A stretch of 64,000 nt of DNA, from contig CAWIGG010000003.1 of the NCBI GenBank assembly GCA_963835575.1, positions 64,001 through 128,000 on the forward strand, read 5' to 3'. The stretch's first letter is position 1; every line of letters begins with the position of its first letter. Source of the stretch: an uncultured Spirochaetota bacterium. GTDB taxonomy: Bacteria > Spirochaetota > Brevinematia > Brevinematales > JAOACQ01. Position numbers and translations under genes: made by a program. The notes below the pieces were generated by a model that saw nothing but the letters and a program-made list of their open reading frames with translations, was not told the origin of the DNA and ran no database searches. Shown piece after piece: positions 23,522-32,926 of the stretch.

Positions 23522-24031
23522 TTAAAATTTAACCAGAGAAAAAACAGGATAATGAATGTTTTTTCTCCCGTTTAGAAATTCCAGTTCCGCTATATAAACA
23601 CACTCGTCGATAACCGCGCCAAGGGTTTCAATCAGCTCAAGGATGGCCGCTGTTGTCCCTCCCGTAGCCAGAAGATCATCAACAAAAAGCACATTCTCGC
23701 CTCTGGAGATCGAATCCTGGTGGATTTCGATTGAAGCCTCGCCGTACTCAAGAGCATAGCTCTTGGAGATCGTCACTGCCGGAAGCTTTGAAGGCTTGCG
23801 GGCCGGCACAAATCCTGCGCCGAGAAGATAAGCCAGAGGCGCTCCGACAATAAAGCCCCTTGATTCCGCGCCGACAACCTTTTGGATATTTTTGCCTTTA
23901 CAATGTTCATACAAATCGTCGATACTGCTTTTAAAAGCCCGCGGGTCTTTCCATAGAGTGGTAATATCCTTAAAAATAATACCCTTTTTCGGAAAATCCG
24001 GCACATCACGGATTATCGAGGCATAATCCAT
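23522..24031 (-). CDS. apt: Adenine phosphoribosyltransferase
   Basis: PDFPKKGI.FKDITT, ESRGF, RK..KLP, YALEYG and VDDLLATGGT motifs; ATG at 24031 after GAGGAGG. Confidence 0.97.
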   Translation of the reverse strand: MDYASIIRDVPDFPKKGIIFKDITTLWKDPRAFKSSIDDLYEHCKGKNIQKVVGAESRGFIVGAPLAYLLGAGFVPARKPSKLPAVTISKSYALEYGEASIEIHQDSISRGENVLFVDDLLATGGTTAAILELIETLGAVIDECVYIAELEFLNGRKNIHYPVFSLVKF

Positions 24032-24105
24032 AATCAGCCTCCTCAATAAAAAGACAGCAGATTATTTTACAATATTTTATAACTTCTGTAAATTTAATGA
24101 GAAGC

Positions 24106-24185
24106 AAAATTATTGCCTCACCCCGCCTCTCCTCCCCCATCCCCTCTCCAAATATGGAGAGGGGATGGGGTGAGGCAATAATTTT
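24106..24185. repeat. GC-rich CCCCTCTCC/GGAGAGGGG palindromic element
   Basis: Outer 19-bp IR aaaattattgcctcacccc/ggggtgaggcaataatttt; inner IR ccccatcccctctcca/tggagaggggatgggg. Confidence 0.9.
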
Positions 24186-24238
24186 TTAGATTTTTTAAAG
24201 CTCAAGCCTTTATTTGACGAAATAAATACATTGGAGAG

Positions 24239-25285
24239 GTGTTTAACATGTCCGTAAAGCACATTATCAATTTTTTTATCCTGATATTAACCGTCATTCC
24301 GTTTCAAAGCGGCTGTGCCGCCCGCATAAATAAACCGGATGTTGACCCGCCTCTTCAAATCATCAATTATTCGCCGGAAATACTGAGGGGCGGAAGCGCC
24401 GTTGTCATATTTAAAGCTCAGGATATTAATCCGGATACACTTTATATTCAGCTGAAATATGAAAAGAAAATCTATCCTTCGCCTTTCATAAAGAAAGATT
24501 TTTATATAGCGCTCCTTCCCTGGCCTCCTTATGATAAGGATTTTAAGGCTTTTATCATCTATAATGACGCGGCAGGCAATGCCCTGTCGAACCAGATACC
24601 GATTCAGACAAAAAAAGCTTATTATCCTGAAACAAGAATTAAAATAGGCAATTATTTTTCTACTAATAAAATAGAAGAGCTGAATTTAAGCAAAGACACA
24701 TTCCCGGATAATAAAATGGACCAATATAAGCTCATCATGAAAAATTTTGATGAAAAAAAAGTCCTTAATATAGCGGACGCCACATCCTCAAAATCCACTA
24801 ATTGTTTTTCGAGCCTGGATCTCTATCCCTTCAACCCGATGAAAAACACCCATATCTCCTCTCCGTTCGGAGAGCACCGGATTTTTACGCTTCATAAACA
24901 CGCTGTCAGGGATTCATATCATTTAGGACTGGATCTTGCCGGTACGGAAAACGAAGCCATCTATGCCTCAAATCCGGGCATAGTGGAGTTTGCCGGTTAT
25001 AACGGCGCCAACGGCAATATGATACTGATAAACCATGGCTACGGCCTCTACTCGCTTTACTGCCATTGTTCAGAGCTCTTTGTCCAGAAAGGTCAGAATA
25101 TCATACCGGGCATGAACATCGCCAAATCCGGGCAGACCGGCTACGCCCTGGGCGATCATCTTCATTTCAGTATTCTGATATCCGGCATCTATGTCAACCC
25201 TAACGAATGGATGAACGGGGAGTGGCTCCAAAAGAATATATTGGAAATTATGAAAAATTCTTTGAAAACCATACAGGAGAAATGA
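24239..25285 (+). CDS. M23 family metallopeptidase, probable lipoprotein
   Basis: HLGLD, HG.G..SLY.H and GDHLHF zinc motifs; FQSG-C lipobox-like site. Confidence 0.9.
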   Translation: MFNMSVKHIINFFILILTVIPFQSGCAARINKPDVDPPLQIINYSPEILRGGSAVVIFKAQDINPDTLYIQLKYEKKIYPSPFIKKDFYIALLPWPPYDKDFKAFIIYNDAAGNALSNQIPIQTKKAYYPETRIKIGNYFSTNKIEELNLSKDTFPDNKMDQYKLIMKNFDEKKVLNIADATSSKSTNCFSSLDLYPFNPMKNTHISSPFGEHRIFTLHKHAVRDSYHLGLDLAGTENEAIYASNPGIVEFAGYNGANGNMILINHGYGLYSLYCHCSELFVQKGQNIIPGMNIAKSGQTGYALGDHLHFSILISGIYVNPNEWMNGEWLQKNILEIMKNSLKTIQEK

Positions 25286-25354
25286 TGCTGGGTCTGATTA
25301 AATTTAAGAAGGAAACATTAAATTAGCATTCCTTATTATTGATTTCAGATAACG

Positions 25355-25481
25355 GCCACAGAATTTCACAGAAAACCACGGAATCATTTTATCATTTTTT
25401 TGTGCAGAAACAAAGCTTCCACTTTTAAAAGCTCATAATGTTAATTTTTCGTTTCTGTGTTCTTCAGTGAAGTTCTGTGGC
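25355..25481. repeat. Tandem-inverted-repeat element (CACAGAA 10-mer type)
   Basis: Left gccacagaatttcacagaaaaccacggaa (25355-25383); right ttctgtgttcttcagtgaagttctgtggc (25453-25481). Confidence 0.9.
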
Positions 25482-25495
25482 AGCATTTAAATATT

Positions 25496-26224
25496 TTATT
25501 CAAAGGCAAAGTAAATATTGCTGACGGCCGCGATTGCGGCGGTCTCTGTTTTAAGGATCATATTTCCCAGGCTGACGCTCTTAAAGCCTATGGCCTTCAA
25601 TTCCCGAACTTCCTTATGGGAAAACCCGCCTTCCGGACCGATAAATAATTCCACGGTCTTAGCCTCCTTGTTTTCCAGAAGCAGCTCTTTTAAACTCAAC
25701 TCCTCTTCCAGTTCCCAGGGAACGATTTTAAGCGATCCCTCAGTTACGATTCCTCCGATTTTTTCTATGAGAATCATTTGATGAATGAGAATTTCTGTAT
25801 TGCGTCCGGTTTGCTTGATTGTCTCGCGGGCTATCCTTTCCCAGCGCGCTATTTTTTTTATAGAGCCTTCTTTATCCGCCTTAAATACCGTCCGCTCTGT
25901 TATGACCGGAACGATCTCATTTACGCCGAGCTCGCTTGCTTTTTCCACAATAAGGTCAAACTTACTTCCCTTCGGCAGGGCCTGATACAGCCGGACAAAG
26001 ATTTTTCTTCCCCTGCCCTCTGTAATTTCTTTTATAGCCAGACTGATTTGAAGAGGCTTGATTTCAATGATTTCGGCCCTGATGATATGGCCTTGCCCGT
26101 CTGTCGCCTCTATGATATCGCCGGGCTTTTTCCTCAAAACATGGGCCAGATGATGCGCGTCGCTGCCGCTGATGAATGCCTTCTGCCCCTCAATACTGCC
26201 GGTTGGGATGAAAAATTTCCGCAT
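25496..26224 (-). CDS. rsmE: 16S rRNA m3U1498 methyltransferase
   Basis: HHL.HVLR, KASELGV, IGPEGGFS and SLG..ILKTETA motifs. Confidence 0.95.
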   Translation of the reverse strand: MRKFFIPTGSIEGQKAFISGSDAHHLAHVLRKKPGDIIEATDGQGHIIRAEIIEIKPLQISLAIKEITEGRGRKIFVRLYQALPKGSKFDLIVEKASELGVNEIVPVITERTVFKADKEGSIKKIARWERIARETIKQTGRNTEILIHQMILIEKIGGIVTEGSLKIVPWELEEELSLKELLLENKEAKTVELFIGPEGGFSHKEVRELKAIGFKSVSLGNMILKTETAAIAAVSNIYFAFE

Positions 26225-26232
26225 ACAGGATT

Positions 26233-26544
26233 TTACTTCCTTCTTGAAATAAGGTTGTCATAAACAATATCGGGTGAAAGGTCCAGATATCCCAGGACGA
26301 GCCAGAGGTGAAATATCAGGTCCGCCATTTCCCAGCCGATCTCGCCGGCTTTTCCATTCTTGGCGGCAATGATCACTTCTCCGGCTTCCTCGCCGACCTT
26401 TTTGAGGATCCTGTCCAGGCCCTCATTCATTTTCTTGGCGACATATGAATCTTCAGGTTTTGTTTTTTTCCTCTCCAAGATAACTTCATAAAGCTGATCC
26501 AGTATGGCGGACTTACCTGAATTTTGATCTTTTTCTATTTCCAT
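26233..26544 (-). CDS. hisE: Phosphoribosyl-ATP diphosphatase
   Basis: SYV, ILKKVGEEAGEVIIAAKN and EMADL.FH motifs. Confidence 0.93.
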   Translation of the reverse strand: MEIEKDQNSGKSAILDQLYEVILERKKTKPEDSYVAKKMNEGLDRILKKVGEEAGEVIIAAKNGKAGEIGWEMADLIFHLWLVLGYLDLSPDIVYDNLISRRK

Positions 26545-26644
26545 CTTCCATGACCTCTTTTAAAATCTTAGTTTCCTGTATTGTATAGAATAAAAGCGAC
26601 AATGGCCATTGTCGCTTTTATTTATAATTTCAATTTGTTTTACC

Positions 26645-27235
26645 TTAATAATTCTCCACAAATACCTCAAAATAAGCCTGCGGATGCTGGCAGACGGGAC
26701 ATTTTTGAGGCGCTTCGGCCGATTCGATGATATGGCCGCAGTTCCTGCACTTCCAGAACGTCTTGCCGCTCTTTTTGAACACCTGTCCTTTCTTGATATT
26801 TTCCGCCAATTTGCGGTAGCGCGCTTCATGCCGCGTTTCAACAAGGGCTATGGCCCGGAATGTCTTTGCCGCTTCCGGAAAGCCTTCCTCATCGGCTGTT
26901 TTCGCGAACGACGGATAGAGGTTTGTCCATTCCTCATGCTCGCCCATCGCGGCGCTTTCCAGGTTCTTGAGCGTTTCAGTGGAAAGAGCGACAGGGTAAT
27001 CCGCCTCTATCACCTGCATAAAATCGGGCTCAAGATTTTGAAGAAGATGATTATAAAATAATTTGGCATGCTCTTTTTCATTCTCCGCCGTTTCCAGAAA
27101 AAGCTCGGCGATTTGCTGATAATTTTCTTTCCTCGCCTGCGAGGCGTAAAATGTGTATCTGTTCCTGGCCTGCGATTCCCCCGCGAAGGCCTTCATTAAA
27201 TTCTGCGCTGTTTTTGATCCTTTAAATACCGGCAT
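26645..27235 (-). CDS. rbr: Rubrerythrin
   Basis: [25 protein letters not shown] and E..HE.RY diiron motifs; C-terminal CRNCG...CPVCQHP. Confidence 0.96.
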   Translation of the reverse strand: MPVFKGSKTAQNLMKAFAGESQARNRYTFYASQARKENYQQIAELFLETAENEKEHAKLFYNHLLQNLEPDFMQVIEADYPVALSTETLKNLESAAMGEHEEWTNLYPSFAKTADEEGFPEAAKTFRAIALVETRHEARYRKLAENIKKGQVFKKSGKTFWKCRNCGHIIESAEAPQKCPVCQHPQAYFEVFVENY

Positions 27236-27274
27236 AAATCCCTCCTTTTTTTATTAAAGCCGTTTTTTTCTGAT

Positions 27275-27655
27275 TTATATACTGCTCTTCCACAGGCCAT
27301 GTAGATTGCAGTACTCCTTCGCGGTAACCTGTTTTGCCTCAATACAGAACTCGGCCTCCGGTTTCCCGCCGGGTTTGAGGAATTCCCTGTATTCCTTCCC
27401 ATCTGCAATAAGCGCAATCCACATGATATAATGCTTTTCCTCCATCGGGTGCTCGATACTGCCGACTTTGACTTTATATCCCCCTGCTGTTTTCTCGATC
27501 ACGGGGACATGCTTTTCTTTTGAAGCGTCAACCGTATTGTCTTTCATCAATTCCATCGGCTGTCCGCAGCATATCAGATCGCTGCCGCCGGCAGAAAGCA
27601 CTTCCACAATATTCCCGCATAACGCGCATTTGTAAATACCTTTTTCAATGGCCAT
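27275..27655 (-). CDS. dfx: Desulfoferrodoxin (superoxide reductase)
   Basis: YKC.LCGN, CCG.PM, EKHVP, HPM...HYI.WI and CNLHGLW motifs. Confidence 0.96.
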   Translation of the reverse strand: MAIEKGIYKCALCGNIVEVLSAGGSDLICCGQPMELMKDNTVDASKEKHVPVIEKTAGGYKVKVGSIEHPMEEKHYIMWIALIADGKEYREFLKPGGKPEAEFCIEAKQVTAKEYCNLHGLWKSSI

Positions 27656-27679
27656 AAATACCTCCGTTTACAATATTAA

Positions 27680-27708
27680 ATTCTAATCATATAAATGCAA
27701 TTAGTCAA
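27680..27708 (-). promoter_or_regulatory. Sigma70-type promoter for dfx-rbr
   Basis: TTGACT-17 nt-TAGAAT on the minus strand. Confidence 0.65.
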
Positions 27709-27768
27709 GGGAAGTTCAAAAAACCTGAGATTGGTTCGATAAACTCACCACAGGTTTTGGAATTGCCC
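27709..27768. mobile_element. IS5-like MITE containing a micro-REP
   Basis: gggaagttcaaaaaacctg...caggttttggaattgccc with tggttcgataaactcacca (27732-27750) inside. Confidence 0.7.
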
Positions 27769-27790
27769 TTAATCATGTCTTCTAAAACTA

Positions 27791-27819
27791 TTGACAGAAT
27801 ATTAAACATTTATTATCCT
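27791..27819 (+). promoter_or_regulatory. Sigma70-type promoter
   Basis: TTGACA-17 nt-TATCCT upstream of 27885. Confidence 0.6.
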
Positions 27820-27884
27820 TAAAAATATAAATATTTTTTTAGTCCATGAAAACATTTATAAATTAAAAAATTAAAGAGATAATT

Positions 27885-28481
27885 ATGCTTACAGGGAAAG
27901 AATTAAATCAATTCGAATCAAATCATGCCAGATACTTTCTTTATGATGTTTATGCGAAAGAAATGAACTGGACCCCGCCCTTTCCGAATCCCTCCGAATG
28001 GGTAATAAAAGAGAACCATAATGGAAAATTCTTTTCCGACAGATTTGATTTTGATTCGCAATGGTTCGGCGTATATGACGGTTTTACACTCATCGCCTGC
28101 GGCCGGGTACTATATCCGCTGGAAAATAAACTGGAAGTGGAACTCTATCATCCGATCCCGGACTGGTATAAAATAAGATATTATAAACTGACGGAAATCA
28201 ACAGGATAGCCGTTAAAAAAGAATTCCTGGCCTCAGGGGCCTTGAATGTTCTTTCACTTGAATTCATTAAATTTTTTATCAAACAAAAAACAGATTATGC
28301 TTTCGCCTCCGCTTATAACGCGGAAATGATTGATTTCTTGAGGTCCATCGGCTTTAAAACAATGAACCCGCCGGTAAAATTCAAGTATTTCAAAAGCGAC
28401 GCAAATGCCGTCAATCTGATGTGCCTTGACTGCACTGACCAGAAAAAAATTAAAAACATCATCGATTCGCTTCAAAAATAA
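27885..28481 (+). CDS. GNAT-fold acyltransferase (FeeM / autoinducer-synthase-like)
   Basis: R.F.Y.VY..E, D.FD, LIACGRV, EINRIAV..EF and F.RSIGFK pattern. Confidence 0.6.
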   Translation: MLTGKELNQFESNHARYFLYDVYAKEMNWTPPFPNPSEWVIKENHNGKFFSDRFDFDSQWFGVYDGFTLIACGRVLYPLENKLEVELYHPIPDWYKIRYYKLTEINRIAVKKEFLASGALNVLSLEFIKFFIKQKTDYAFASAYNAEMIDFLRSIGFKTMNPPVKFKYFKSDANAVNLMCLDCTDQKKIKNIIDSLQK

Positions 28482-28504
28482 AATACGGATTGATAATTGT
28501 GCTG

Positions 28505-28757
28505 ATCCGATTCGGCACACGGATTTTATTTTTATTTCGACTTTGCGAGAGGTATTAATTCACGTCCTTCGGCAAGTTCAGGACAGGCGCCGACGCAGAG
28601 ACCGCAAAGAACATGAGATTTGATACTGAAACTTTTATACCCCATCCTTCATACCTCTGCACTGAAATAAATACTTTTACTAACCAAATGTCTTAAGTGA
28701 AAAATAAATCCTCAAAAATCCGACTTCATCCGTGAAAATCAGTGTGAATAATCGGAT
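28505..28757. repeat. Composite tandem-inverted-repeat element (CACGGAT type outside; CGCAAAGA-type arms and REP inside)
   Basis: Shares ttgtgctgATCCGAT...cacacggat and ...gtgtga..aATCGGATatta ends with 4226-4384; REP gtccttcggcaagttcaggac at 28564-28584. Confidence 0.75.
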
Positions 28758-29017
28758 ATTACGAAAAAGAATTTTTATTTAAAATCCATAATCGTACAAA
28801 AAGCTATAGTATTAAATCACCTTTATCCCCGTTACCCGGGAAACGCCTTTATTTTGAGATTTTTCCCGCCATAAGTTATAATATTCCCGGAATGGATTTT
28901 ATTGTTCCCATCGGACATTTTTACCCGCATTGCCGAGTTTAAACATCCGCATCTTTTTATTCTTTTTATTGCGCTCAATCACAAATTTCCAGTCCTATTT
29001 TATAAATGCAGGAAATC

Positions 29018-30655
29018 ATGATTAATATCAGCAGCCTCACTCTGGCTTTCGGAAAGAAAACCCTTTTCAAGAATGTGACCCTCCGCTTCAACCCGGGGAA
29101 TACCTATGGATTGATAGGCGCGAACGGTTCGGGAAAATCGACGTTCCTCAAGGTATTATCGGGCGAGATCGAACCGAATGAGGGTATTGTATTGTTCGGC
29201 AGGAACCAGCGTATCGCGATGCTTGAGCAAAACCAGTTCAAGTATGACGAATTCCCCGTTCTGGACACCGTGATCATGGGTTATAAAAACCTTTATGATG
29301 TATTGAAAGAAAGGAATACACTTTACGCGAAACCGGATTTTTCGGAAGTGGACGGGCACAAGGCTTCCGATCTGGAAGAAGCATTCGGCAGAATGAACGG
29401 TTATGAGGCCGAGACGGATGCCGCGGTCCTCCTCAGCGGCCTGGGTATCGGCGAGGAATTCCACTCCAAGAAAATGAAGGAACTGGAAGGCGGTGAAAAG
29501 GTCCGCGTACTGCTGGCCCAGGTATTGTTCGGAAACCCGGAGATCCTTCTGCTCGATGAGCCGACAAACCACCTCGACATCGAATCCATCACATGGCTCG
29601 AGAATTTTCTTTATAATTTCAACAACACCGTGATTGTGGTTTCACATGACCGGCATTTTATCAATAAAGTCTGTACCCACATCGCGGACATCGATTTCGG
29701 AACGATTAAGATCTATACCGGGAACTATGATTTCTGGGCCCAGGCCAGCCAGCTTTCCCTGCAGCAGAAAAAAGAAGAGAATAAAAAGAAAGAAGAGATC
29801 GCGAAAGACCTTCAGGCTTTCATAGCCCGCTTCAGCGCGAACGCTTCCAAGTCCAAACAGGCCACTTCAAGGAAAAAACTCCTGGAAAAGCTCACTATCG
29901 ATGAGATCCCGGTTTCATCACGGCGTTTTCCTTATGTCGCTTTTAAGCCGGAGCGCGAATGCGGAGCGAAGGTCCTTTCACTCAGCGGCCTCTGCAAAAC
30001 CATCGACGGGACATTGCTTCTCAAAGATTTCAGCCTTACCGTGAACCGGGGCGATAAAATCGCCTTTTTCGGCCAGAATAACCTTGTTAAAACAACCCTT
30101 TTCCGGATCATCATGGAAGAGTTAAAACCGGACGGCGGAACGGTCAAATGGGGCGAGACCATCAAACCCGCCTATTTCCCGAAGGAAAACAGCGCCTATT
30201 TCACGGACGAGGTCAACCTGATCGAATGGCTCCGCCAGAACACAAAAGTCAGGGATGAAAGCTCCATCCGCGGATTCCTCGGGCGCATGCTTTTTTCCGG
30301 GGATGAATCGCTCAAGAAGGTGACGGCGCTCTCCGGAGGCGAAAAGGTCCGCTGCATGCTCGCCAAAATGATGCTTCACAATCCCAATGCGCTGGTGATG
30401 GACGAACCGACCAGCCACCTCGACCTCGAGTCCATTACCGCTCTCAATAACGGGCTGACCGGTTTTTCCGGCGTTATCCTGCTTTCTTCGCATGACCATG
30501 AACTCCTCTCATCGGTCGCCAACCGGATTATCGAGATCACGCCGTCGGGAGTCATCGACCGTGTTATGCCGTTCGAAGAGTATATTGAAAACAAGGATGT
30601 CCTGACGCTCCGGGACAAAATGTACCATGGCCACCGTAGATTGAGCCTGGATTGA
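29018..30655 (+). CDS. ABC-F family ATPase (YbiT-like)
   Basis: Two ABC cassettes (GANGSGKST, LLDEPTNHLD; LSGGEK, MDEPTSHLD), no TM domain; start 29018 or 29006. Confidence 0.92.
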   Translation: MINISSLTLAFGKKTLFKNVTLRFNPGNTYGLIGANGSGKSTFLKVLSGEIEPNEGIVLFGRNQRIAMLEQNQFKYDEFPVLDTVIMGYKNLYDVLKERNTLYAKPDFSEVDGHKASDLEEAFGRMNGYEAETDAAVLLSGLGIGEEFHSKKMKELEGGEKVRVLLAQVLFGNPEILLLDEPTNHLDIESITWLENFLYNFNNTVIVVSHDRHFINKVCTHIADIDFGTIKIYTGNYDFWAQASQLSLQQKKEENKKKEEIAKDLQAFIARFSANASKSKQATSRKKLLEKLTIDEIPVSSRRFPYVAFKPERECGAKVLSLSGLCKTIDGTLLLKDFSLTVNRGDKIAFFGQNNLVKTTLFRIIMEELKPDGGTVKWGETIKPAYFPKENSAYFTDEVNLIEWLRQNTKVRDESSIRGFLGRMLFSGDESLKKVTALSGGEKVRCMLAKMMLHNPNALVMDEPTSHLDLESITALNNGLTGFSGVILLSSHDHELLSSVANRIIEITPSGVIDRVMPFEEYIENKDVLTLRDKMYHGHRRLSLD

Positions 30656-30709
30656 CGCTGGATGTCTCCCGGCATTGATTTACTGAAACTAAGAATTTCC
30701 ACACAAAGT

Positions 30710-30856
30710 CCGTCAATTGCGAGCACCCTATTCTATCCTTCGGCGAATGCTCTCGCGCGAAGCAATCTGTCAATTCATTAAGTATCTTATTTGCAGACAG
30801 ATTGCTTTGCTTTATAGTCAGCGGCAGAGAAGATAGCATGACGCTCGCAATGACGG
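30710..30856. repeat. GTCATTGCGAG...GAAGCAATC type long palindromic repeat
   Basis: Outer ccgtcaattgcgagc/gctcgcaatgacgg; inner gcgaagcaatctgtc/gacagattgctttgc; lies between convergent genes. Confidence 0.88.
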
Positions 30857-30903
30857 CTTCAGATACAAATGTAAGAATGGTTTTAAATTGAATATAAGTT
30901 TCT

Positions 30904-32094
30904 CTAAATTATCCCAAGCGATTTATGCTTTTCAAGGATCTGTTCCGCAAGCTTGTCCAGCGCATTAAAATCGGCTTCCTTTGGATAGCCTTTAGCGATG
31001 ACAGGCGGAATGACCTCGGCTTTGAGGTTATACAGCATCGCCTGGATCTGCTCGACCATTTTTCCGCCCCAGCCGTACGAGCCGATGATGGACACGAATT
31101 TCGTTTTCGGCCTGAGAAGATTATAGAGATAAACGGCATAGGCCGCGGCCGGATGCATGCCGCCCAATACCTGCGGCGCTCCGACGACGACAGTCGCGGC
31201 GTCTGTGACGGCCATGGCCAGTCTGCCCACATCCGTTACCGTCAGGTTAAAGGGCATAACTTCAATGCCCCTTTCCATCAAAGCATCGATAAAATAATCC
31301 GCCATAGCCTGAACGCTCCCATGCATGGAAACATAGGGCAGGACAACCTTGTTGATCACTTTTTCAGATGTCCAATCCTTATAGCAGTTGATAATGAACT
31401 GAGGATTGGAATAAACGGGGCCATGGCTCGGCGCTATCATTTTAATATCAAGCGCTAGTATCTTCTCAAAATTACCGGCAATATTTGACCGGAAGGGATA
31501 CATGATCTCCGAAAAATACCGGAAAGCCGGCTCTTTTATTTCATCCTCTCTTTCCTTATTTATAAACAGCCTGCTGTCGGCCGTGTGAGAGCCGAACAGG
31601 TCGCAGCTGAAAAGTATTTTGTCTTCCCGGAGGTATGTGAACATTGTCTCCGGCCAGTGGACCCATGGGAAAATAATAAACTCAAGAGTTTTATTCCCTA
31701 GCGGCAGGGTCTGCCTGTCTTCAATAACCATAAACTTATCTTCCGGGATCAGCAGAAGGTCCATCAGAAAAGCTTTGCACTTCGCGTTTGTCACAAGCTT
31801 TGAACCGGGGAAAAGGGACAGCATCTGCGGCAGGCTTCCCGAATGGTCCTGTTCGGCATGATTGGAAATAATGTAATCAAGTTTCTCAATTTTAAGCTTT
31901 TTCAGATTCGCCGTTAATTCCTGCAGTGTTTTAGGGTCCGCCGTATCGATCAGGGCCGTCTTCTCGCTTCCTTTGATCAGATACGCGTTATAGCTTGTCC
32001 CGTCGGGAAGCGGTATCAGCTCGTCAAAAAGCCTCCGGCCCCAGTCCTTTGCCCCGACTTCAAAAACATCTTTTGTTAATTTCCTGGCTGACAT
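30904..32094 (-). CDS. fprA: Flavodiiron protein (FprA family)
   Basis: GTSYNAYL, NHAEQDHSG, VHWPETM, SCD.FG.H and PSHG motifs; flavodoxin domain YVSMHGS...GSYGWGG. Confidence 0.95.
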   Translation of the reverse strand: MSARKLTKDVFEVGAKDWGRRLFDELIPLPDGTSYNAYLIKGSEKTALIDTADPKTLQELTANLKKLKIEKLDYIISNHAEQDHSGSLPQMLSLFPGSKLVTNAKCKAFLMDLLLIPEDKFMVIEDRQTLPLGNKTLEFIIFPWVHWPETMFTYLREDKILFSCDLFGSHTADSRLFINKEREDEIKEPAFRYFSEIMYPFRSNIAGNFEKILALDIKMIAPSHGPVYSNPQFIINCYKDWTSEKVINKVVLPYVSMHGSVQAMADYFIDALMERGIEVMPFNLTVTDVGRLAMAVTDAATVVVGAPQVLGGMHPAAAYAVYLYNLLRPKTKFVSIIGSYGWGGKMVEQIQAMLYNLKAEVIPPVIAKGYPKEADFNALDKLAEQILEKHKSLGII

Positions 32095-32097
32095 ACT

Positions 32098-32790
32098 TTA
32101 CTCCTTCTTAAACTGGTCTTTGGGCGCTCCGCAGACAGGGCATACCCAGTTATTCGGTATATCTTCAAATTTTGTTCCCGGCTTTATTCCAGTATCCGTA
32201 TCCCCGGCGGCCGGGTCATAAACATATCCGCAAACCTCGCAAACGTACTTATCCATAGCTTTCTCCTCCTTACGCAAATTTTCCGGTTTTATATAAGTCG
32301 GCGCGTTGACCGATGTTTTACCTTTTTTCACATCCCTGTAATAAGCGTATGTCAGCGGAGCGGTCTCCGATAATATTTCCGCTTCAAGCAGGTTCCCGAT
32401 GAATATCGTATGGCTTCCCATATCCACTTCTTTAAACACATCGCAGACAAAATAAGCGATGGTAAAGTCCAGTATGACCGGTACGCCCCTTTCGGCCAAT
32501 CTATAATTGACGCCTTCGAACTTATCGATGTCCCTGCCTGTTTTAAAGCCGAATTTACCAAGGAAACTAAAAGGCGTTTCAACCGAAAGCGCCGAGATGC
32601 CGAAGAGCCTGCTCGCCTCGATCATGGGATACGTGAAGCTCCCTTTGTTGACAATGATCTGGAATGTCGGCGGCTCCGAATTGACCTGGCAGAAAGTATT
32701 GCCGAGGAACCCGTTATACCGCCCGTCTTTAAGCGAAGTCATGATATAAAGCCCGTAGCTTACCTTGAATAAAGCTTCCAGATCAACCAT
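32098..32790 (-). CDS. Flavin reductase-rubredoxin fusion (high-molecular-weight rubredoxin type)
   Basis: [28 protein letters not shown] and PLTYAYY; C-terminal [10 protein letters not shown]...[10 protein letters not shown] at 32790. Confidence 0.92.
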   Translation of the reverse strand: MVDLEALFKVSYGLYIMTSLKDGRYNGFLGNTFCQVNSEPPTFQIIVNKGSFTYPMIEASRLFGISALSVETPFSFLGKFGFKTGRDIDKFEGVNYRLAERGVPVILDFTIAYFVCDVFKEVDMGSHTIFIGNLLEAEILSETAPLTYAYYRDVKKGKTSVNAPTYIKPENLRKEEKAMDKYVCEVCGYVYDPAAGDTDTGIKPGTKFEDIPNNWVCPVCGAPKDQFKKE

Positions 32791-32926
32791 GCCGGCCCAG
32801 CCTCCGTTTCTTTTTTTTAAAACCTGATTCCCAGACAGGGATGATATTGTGATACGCGGAGAAAAATAAGTCAAGCTTCACACAAAGTCGGCAGTTGGTA
32901 TTGATTAATCGAGAGCCCGGGGAACT

